A program made the translations under genes and the position numbers. Below are positions 60,267-64,000 of a stretch of 64,000 bases of DNA, piece after piece. Each line of letters begins with the position of its first letter. Positions within the stretch are counted from its first letter, which is position 1. Below the pieces are notes generated by a model, which made no database searches, had not been told where the DNA came from, and worked only from the letters and a program-made list of their open reading frames with translations. The DNA comes from an uncultured Acidobacteriota bacterium (GTDB taxonomy: Bacteria > Acidobacteriota > Thermoanaerobaculia > UBA5066), in NCBI GenBank assembly GCA_963821435.1, contig CAWGDR010000004.1, forward strand, positions 878,199 to 942,198, written 5' to 3'.

Positions 60267-60417
60267 GGTTCACTCCTTCCGATGCGATCCCGCCCGCGCC
60301 GCGCGCGCAGACAAAGTGATGCCGGGGATCAGCCGGCGTCAAGGGTTCGACCGGGAGAAAACGTGGCCGCCGCGGACAGATTCCGCGCGTATGATCGTTT
60401 CTGCCTGCGGAATTCGC

Positions 60418-61200
60418 ATGAATGTGCATCGGACCGTCCTTCGAAGACCCGGCCCGGGCGGGGCTCTCGCTCTTCTCCTTGGCGCCGTGTTCGCGATCGC
60501 GGCGGGTTCGTTCCGCTGGACCGGGACGAGCGGTGGCCTCCGCGTCACCATCAGCGACAAGGACGTTGTGGCGGCGGATTCGAAGGGAATCAGGTTGTTC
60601 TCGCTGAGGGAACTGTTTCCCGACTTCAAGTCAGACGATCCTGATGTCGATACGCACTCCGCTATCTACAGGCCGCTCTCTCTGGTCGGACCCTACCTGA
60701 GCCTCGAAAGCAATGGCTCGAGCTTCACGCCCGGGGCCGCCCACGCTTCGATCGAGAACCGGTTCGTCACTCTCGACCTTCGAAAGCGAGAGGGGCCCGT
60801 CTCGTTGACTCGATGGTTCACGGAGGGGCAGCTCGTATCGGCGCTCAAGAACGACCCATTCCTGGCTCAGCAGTCGAAGTTGCCGCTCTCGGGGGTGGAC
60901 TCCCTGGAGGCGTTCGCGACCGCCTTTGCCAGGCTCAACGACTGTCACCTTTCAATCGTTGACGGTCGCCTAGAGAGCTTCGCGTTCCACACACTGAAAG
61001 GTGACGGCCTTGTGGCCGTTCGGTTCGGGATTCCCAACTCTTGTCTCGGCGACAACGAGATTCGCCAGCTGGGCCTCCTCTTGCCGGTACCCCCGTCGCT
61101 CGAGAACGACCTGAAGGCCGCCGCGCAAGGCCGGCATGGCTTTCTGATGAAAGACTCCAGGAAACTCTTTGGCAGCGAATTCTGGATCTCCTTCTCGTAG
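60418..61200 (+). CDS. Hypothetical secreted protein
   Basis: Signal-peptide-like ALALLLGAVFAIAAG. No SD. Start uncertain (60391 or 60418). Confidence 0.45.
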   Translation: MNVHRTVLRRPGPGGALALLLGAVFAIAAGSFRWTGTSGGLRVTISDKDVVAADSKGIRLFSLRELFPDFKSDDPDVDTHSAIYRPLSLVGPYLSLESNGSSFTPGAAHASIENRFVTLDLRKREGPVSLTRWFTEGQLVSALKNDPFLAQQSKLPLSGVDSLEAFATAFARLNDCHLSIVDGRLESFAFHTLKGDGLVAVRFGIPNSCLGDNEIRQLGLLLPVPPSLENDLKAAAQGRHGFLMKDSRKLFGSEFWISFS

Positions 61201-61266
61201 CCACGCGCGGCAGTTGACAGCGCCGGCTGGCCGATCCCAGACTGCCCCCGGTCGAGAGAGACTCCC

Positions 61267-61953
61267 GTGAGAAAACTACCGCTCCTGCTGCTCCTGGTGC
61301 CCGGACTTCTCCTCGGGGATGTCGTGTATCTCAAGGGGGGAGGCAAGTTCGCCGGCCGGATCGTCGAGCAGACCGAGGAACGGATGGTCATCGACATCGG
61401 AGACGGAGTGATCGGCTTCTCGATGGAGCGGGTCGAGGAGATCGTGAAGGGACCCTCACCCCTGGACGAGTACGACGCGCGAGCGAGCAAGCTGGGACCG
61501 CAGGACGTCGACGGCTGGCGCGGTCTGGCCCAGTGGGCGTCGGCGAAGGGACTTTCGGCCCAGTCGCGCGCGGCCTACAAGAAGGTCCTCGCGGCAGCGC
61601 CCGACGACAAAGAGGCCCGGGAGGCGCTGGGGTTCGTCCAGGTCGACGGCCGCTGGCTCACCGAGGAGGAGAGCTACCGGGCCCGCGGTTTCGTCAAGTA
61701 CGACGGCGAGTGGATGACGCCCGCCGAGGTGCAGCTGGCACAAGCCGACGCCGCGAGGGAGCAGGCGCGCGACGAGGCCGACAAGCGCGCTTCGGACGCG
61801 GAGTTCAAGGCCAACATGGACCGGCTGCAGAAGAAGGAAGACGAGAAGCGTGCCCAGGAGGAGCGGGACCGGGCGAACCGCAACCCCGTTTACTGGGGTG
61901 GGTTTGGCTATGGCGTGACGTCCTGGCCGAATCCTGTTGGAGTGCCGAGATGA
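61267..61953 (+). CDS. Hypothetical secreted protein with charged C-terminal helix
   Basis: GTG start. Signal peptide LLLLLVPGLLLG. KRASDAEFKANMDRLQKKEDEKRAQEERDRANR is a charged helical stretch. Confidence 0.5.
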   Translation: MRKLPLLLLLVPGLLLGDVVYLKGGGKFAGRIVEQTEERMVIDIGDGVIGFSMERVEEIVKGPSPLDEYDARASKLGPQDVDGWRGLAQWASAKGLSAQSRAAYKKVLAAAPDDKEAREALGFVQVDGRWLTEEESYRARGFVKYDGEWMTPAEVQLAQADAAREQARDEADKRASDAEFKANMDRLQKKEDEKRAQEERDRANRNPVYWGGFGYGVTSWPNPVGVPR

Positions 61954-62744
61954 GGCCGGGCGGCGGTTCCCCCCACGGGCGCCGAACCGCGGCGGTCCTC
62001 GTCGCGGCCCTGCTGGCCGCTCCCGTCGCCCGGGCCGCCCCTCCCACGCCGGGCGCGCCGTCCGCAAAACCTGGAGCGGCTGCGACGGTCGACGAGATCG
62101 TCGGGCGCTACGTGGCGGCCCGGGGAGGGATCCAGAAGCTGAGAGCCCTCCGGACGTTACGCCAGGAAGGGCGCGTCAGCGCCGGGGCGGGCCGCGAGGG
62201 GCTCGTGACGCGCGAGATCAAGCGCCCCGGGAAGATCCGATTCGAGTTCACCGTCCAGGGCGTGACCAGCGTCTTCGCCTCCGACGGCCAGCGTGGCTGG
62301 AAAGTGTCCCCGCTCGAAGGAGAGATGGGCCCGCGGCCCCTGCCGGAAGAGGTCCTGATCGACGCGAGGGAGCAAGCAGACATCGACGGGCCCCTCGTCG
62401 ACTGGAAGAGCAAGGGGAGTCAGGTCGAGCTCGTCGGCCGCGAAGCGGTCGATGGACGGGACGCTTTCAAGCTGAAGCTCACCCTCAAGAGTGGAGGAGT
62501 GCTTATTGCGTACGTCGACACGGAATCCGCGAACCTGGTCCGGACCGACGCCACCCGGCGGGTGCGCGGGAAGCAGGTCCGGATCGAGACGACCTTCGGC
62601 GACTACCGGAGGACCGGAGGGATCCTCTTCCCTCATCTCGTCGAGGTGAGGGCCGCAGGCCGGCCGCAGGTCCTCCGAATCGTGGTGGAGAAGGTCGAGG
62701 TGAACCCGCCCTTGAGCGACGCGCGCTTCGCACGGCCGGCCTGA
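61950..62744 (+). CDS. LolA-like / outer-membrane lipoprotein-sorting (DUF4292-like) protein
   Basis: ATG overlaps the upstream stop (ATGA). Signal peptide. Beta-rich. ...KIRFEFTVQGVTSVFASDGQRGWKVSP... matches the LolA-fold pattern. Confidence 0.55.
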   Translation: MRPGGGSPHGRRTAAVLVAALLAAPVARAAPPTPGAPSAKPGAAATVDEIVGRYVAARGGIQKLRALRTLRQEGRVSAGAGREGLVTREIKRPGKIRFEFTVQGVTSVFASDGQRGWKVSPLEGEMGPRPLPEEVLIDAREQADIDGPLVDWKSKGSQVELVGREAVDGRDAFKLKLTLKSGGVLIAYVDTESANLVRTDATRRVRGKQVRIETTFGDYRRTGGILFPHLVEVRAAGRPQVLRIVVEKVEVNPPLSDARFARPA

Positions 62745-62799
62745 AGTCGAGCAACGCAGCCACCGGGTCCCCACCGGCGAGCGTGGATGACTGCCCGAT

Positions 62800-63396
62800 C
62801 TACTTCATCTGGCCCAGGAGCTCGGCAAGCAGCGATTGCGCCACGTCTTCGAAGGTGGGCGGCCGGCTCCAGATCGTGTCCGGCGTCCCTCCTTGCTTGT
62901 GGCCGGTTGCTCGGGCGACGCCCGAACTGCCCGATCGAATGCCGTAGAGCGTGATGTCGACATAGGGCGGCGTCGCAGGCGATCCGCGGTCAGCGCGATA
63001 GGGAGTGAACTGATTCACGGTGCCCCAGACCAGGACGTCGGCCCCCAGAGCCCGCGCCACGGCCTCGAGCCGCTTCTGGTCGTGCTCCGTCGGGCGGATC
63101 GACTCGTGTTTGCAGTAAGCGTCCACCTTGGGAGGGCTGATCAGCGAGATCCGATAAGTCTTGACGAGCAGGGCTGTCGAGATCTCGCGCGCCGACTGGC
63201 CGGTGTCCGGGTGCCCGGGTGCTCCGGAGAACGGAAGCACCGCTACCTTCGCACCGGTGAGAGCGAGTGACTTGCTCCCGCGAAGGGAGGAAACGGTGGA
63301 GTCGATGAACGTGCAGCCACTGGCGAACGTGAGCACACCGAGCAACGTCAAACCAGGGACGAGGCGCTTCACGGCTCCGGTCGGGCTCGCTTTCAT
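62800..63396 (-). CDS. Lipoprotein (LpoB-like?)
   Basis: GAGAGGGAAAG RBS. Lipobox LTFASGC. 198 aa. Confidence 0.55.
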   Translation of the reverse strand: MKASPTGAVKRLVPGLTLLGVLTFASGCTFIDSTVSSLRGSKSLALTGAKVAVLPFSGAPGHPDTGQSAREISTALLVKTYRISLISPPKVDAYCKHESIRPTEHDQKRLEAVARALGADVLVWGTVNQFTPYRADRGSPATPPYVDITLYGIRSGSSGVARATGHKQGGTPDTIWSRPPTFEDVAQSLLAELLGQMK

Positions 63397-63539
63397 TCTC
63401 TTTCCCTCTCTTCGACGGGAAGCCGCGAGTCAAGTCCGCGGCGACTTCCGCGACTCGAACCAGTTGCGCAGACGCAAGATGCCATCGGCGGCCGAGAGCG
63501 TCGAGGCGCCGAGCTGGAATGCCTCGTGGGGTGACAGCG

Positions 63540-63997
63540 TCAGTTGTTCGGGGGCCTTTTCGTGCGAAAGCGCGAGCACACGATGGTCCGCCCGGATTTC
63601 CGGAATGAAGGACGAAGTGGCACATCGAGCTTCGCGTATGCCTCGACAACACGAACGGAGAGATCTTCAATTTCACTCGGCGAAGGTTCCCCGCCTGACG
63701 CAGCAGCAAGTAAATCAGCCGTCGCCAAAGCAGCATCTGCCGCATTCTGGATGGGACGCAGTTCACCAAGCGCTCACGACGCGGCGCAACCAGGCGCTCA
63801 AGGCAAAGCCGCAGCGCCTGCGTATCTCCCTCCAAGGCGCGCTCGACTGCTCGACGCGCGAGTTTTCCAGCTTCGCCGTCGAGGACGCTTTGAGCGGCCA
63901 TCGTAGCTTTGTTAAGAGCGCCTCGAGGCCGACCAGGATTGCCCGGTGCAAAGGGTCGGCCCCGCGTTTTTTCAGCGTTTTTACGCGCCGTCTTCAT
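63540..63997 (-). pseudogene. DUF5681-family (phage/plasmid-associated) protein, frameshifted near 63740
   Basis: N-terminal MKTARKNAEKTRGRPFAPGNPGRPRGALNKATMAAQSVLDGEAGKLARRAVERALEGDTQALRLCLERLVAPRRER. The continuation ...ADLLAAASGGEPSPSEIEDLSVRVVEAYAKLDV... is in another frame (63540..63728). Confidence 0.5.
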
Positions 63998-64000
63998 GCT

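Overview
This is high-GC (~68-70%) bacterial chromosomal DNA. The gene content looks Acidobacteria-like: a TonB receptor with a carboxypeptidase-regulatory-like domain, wHTH-TolB-like regulators, GT39 membrane proteins with TPR repeats, and LytS/LytTR two-component systems. It splits into two very different parts.

(1) 1-16.8 kb is a compact core. It holds a partial TonB receptor, two tandem LytS-type histidine kinases plus a LytTR regulator, a TM2/DUF4339 protein, two paralogous secreted CarbopepD_reg-like proteins flanking udk, an M28 peptidase, pilT, tyrS, tyrA, GT39-family glycosyltransferases and gluQ. It ends at a tRNA-Asn(GTT) gene (16794-16868).

(2) From the 3' end of that tRNA to ~58.4 kb lies a ~41.5-kb accessory array of about 12-15 small gene modules. 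All modules are separated by direct copies of one composite repeat. The repeat is 0.2-0.55 kb and carries a copy of the tRNA 3' core (CTGCGGAGCCA) plus the sequence that follows the genuine tRNA. This looks like an att-site scar from site-specific recombination. Around 25 copies of a ~30-50 bp REP-like hairpin element (GTAG hallmark, GCAAT-N4-ATTGC stem) occur in this window and only inside the array.

The cargo includes:
- a low-GC module carrying a degraded caspase-HEAT-Ser/Thr-kinase gene
- a YWTD propeller protein and an outer-membrane beta-barrel
- a GGDEF cyclase
- a stress cluster: BON, CsbD, GlsB, and a family-1 encapsulin with EncFtn cargo in an operon with a non-heme chloroperoxidase
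- a DUF2062-methyltransferase
- an ECF sigma/anti-sigma pair
- a B12-radical-SAM enzyme with a Trp-rich small ORF
- VapBC
- an IS481-like transposase
- a GT39-TPR protein
- an alpha/beta-hydrolase-nitrilase fusion

No integrase was found in the window. Several genes carry 1-bp frameshifts at homopolymers (tyrS, tyrA, chloroperoxidase, BON). These may be assembly indels rather than real pseudogenes. 58.4-64 kb returns to a simpler region (SYLF protein, secreted hypotheticals, a LolA-like protein, a lipoprotein, a DUF5681 fragment).
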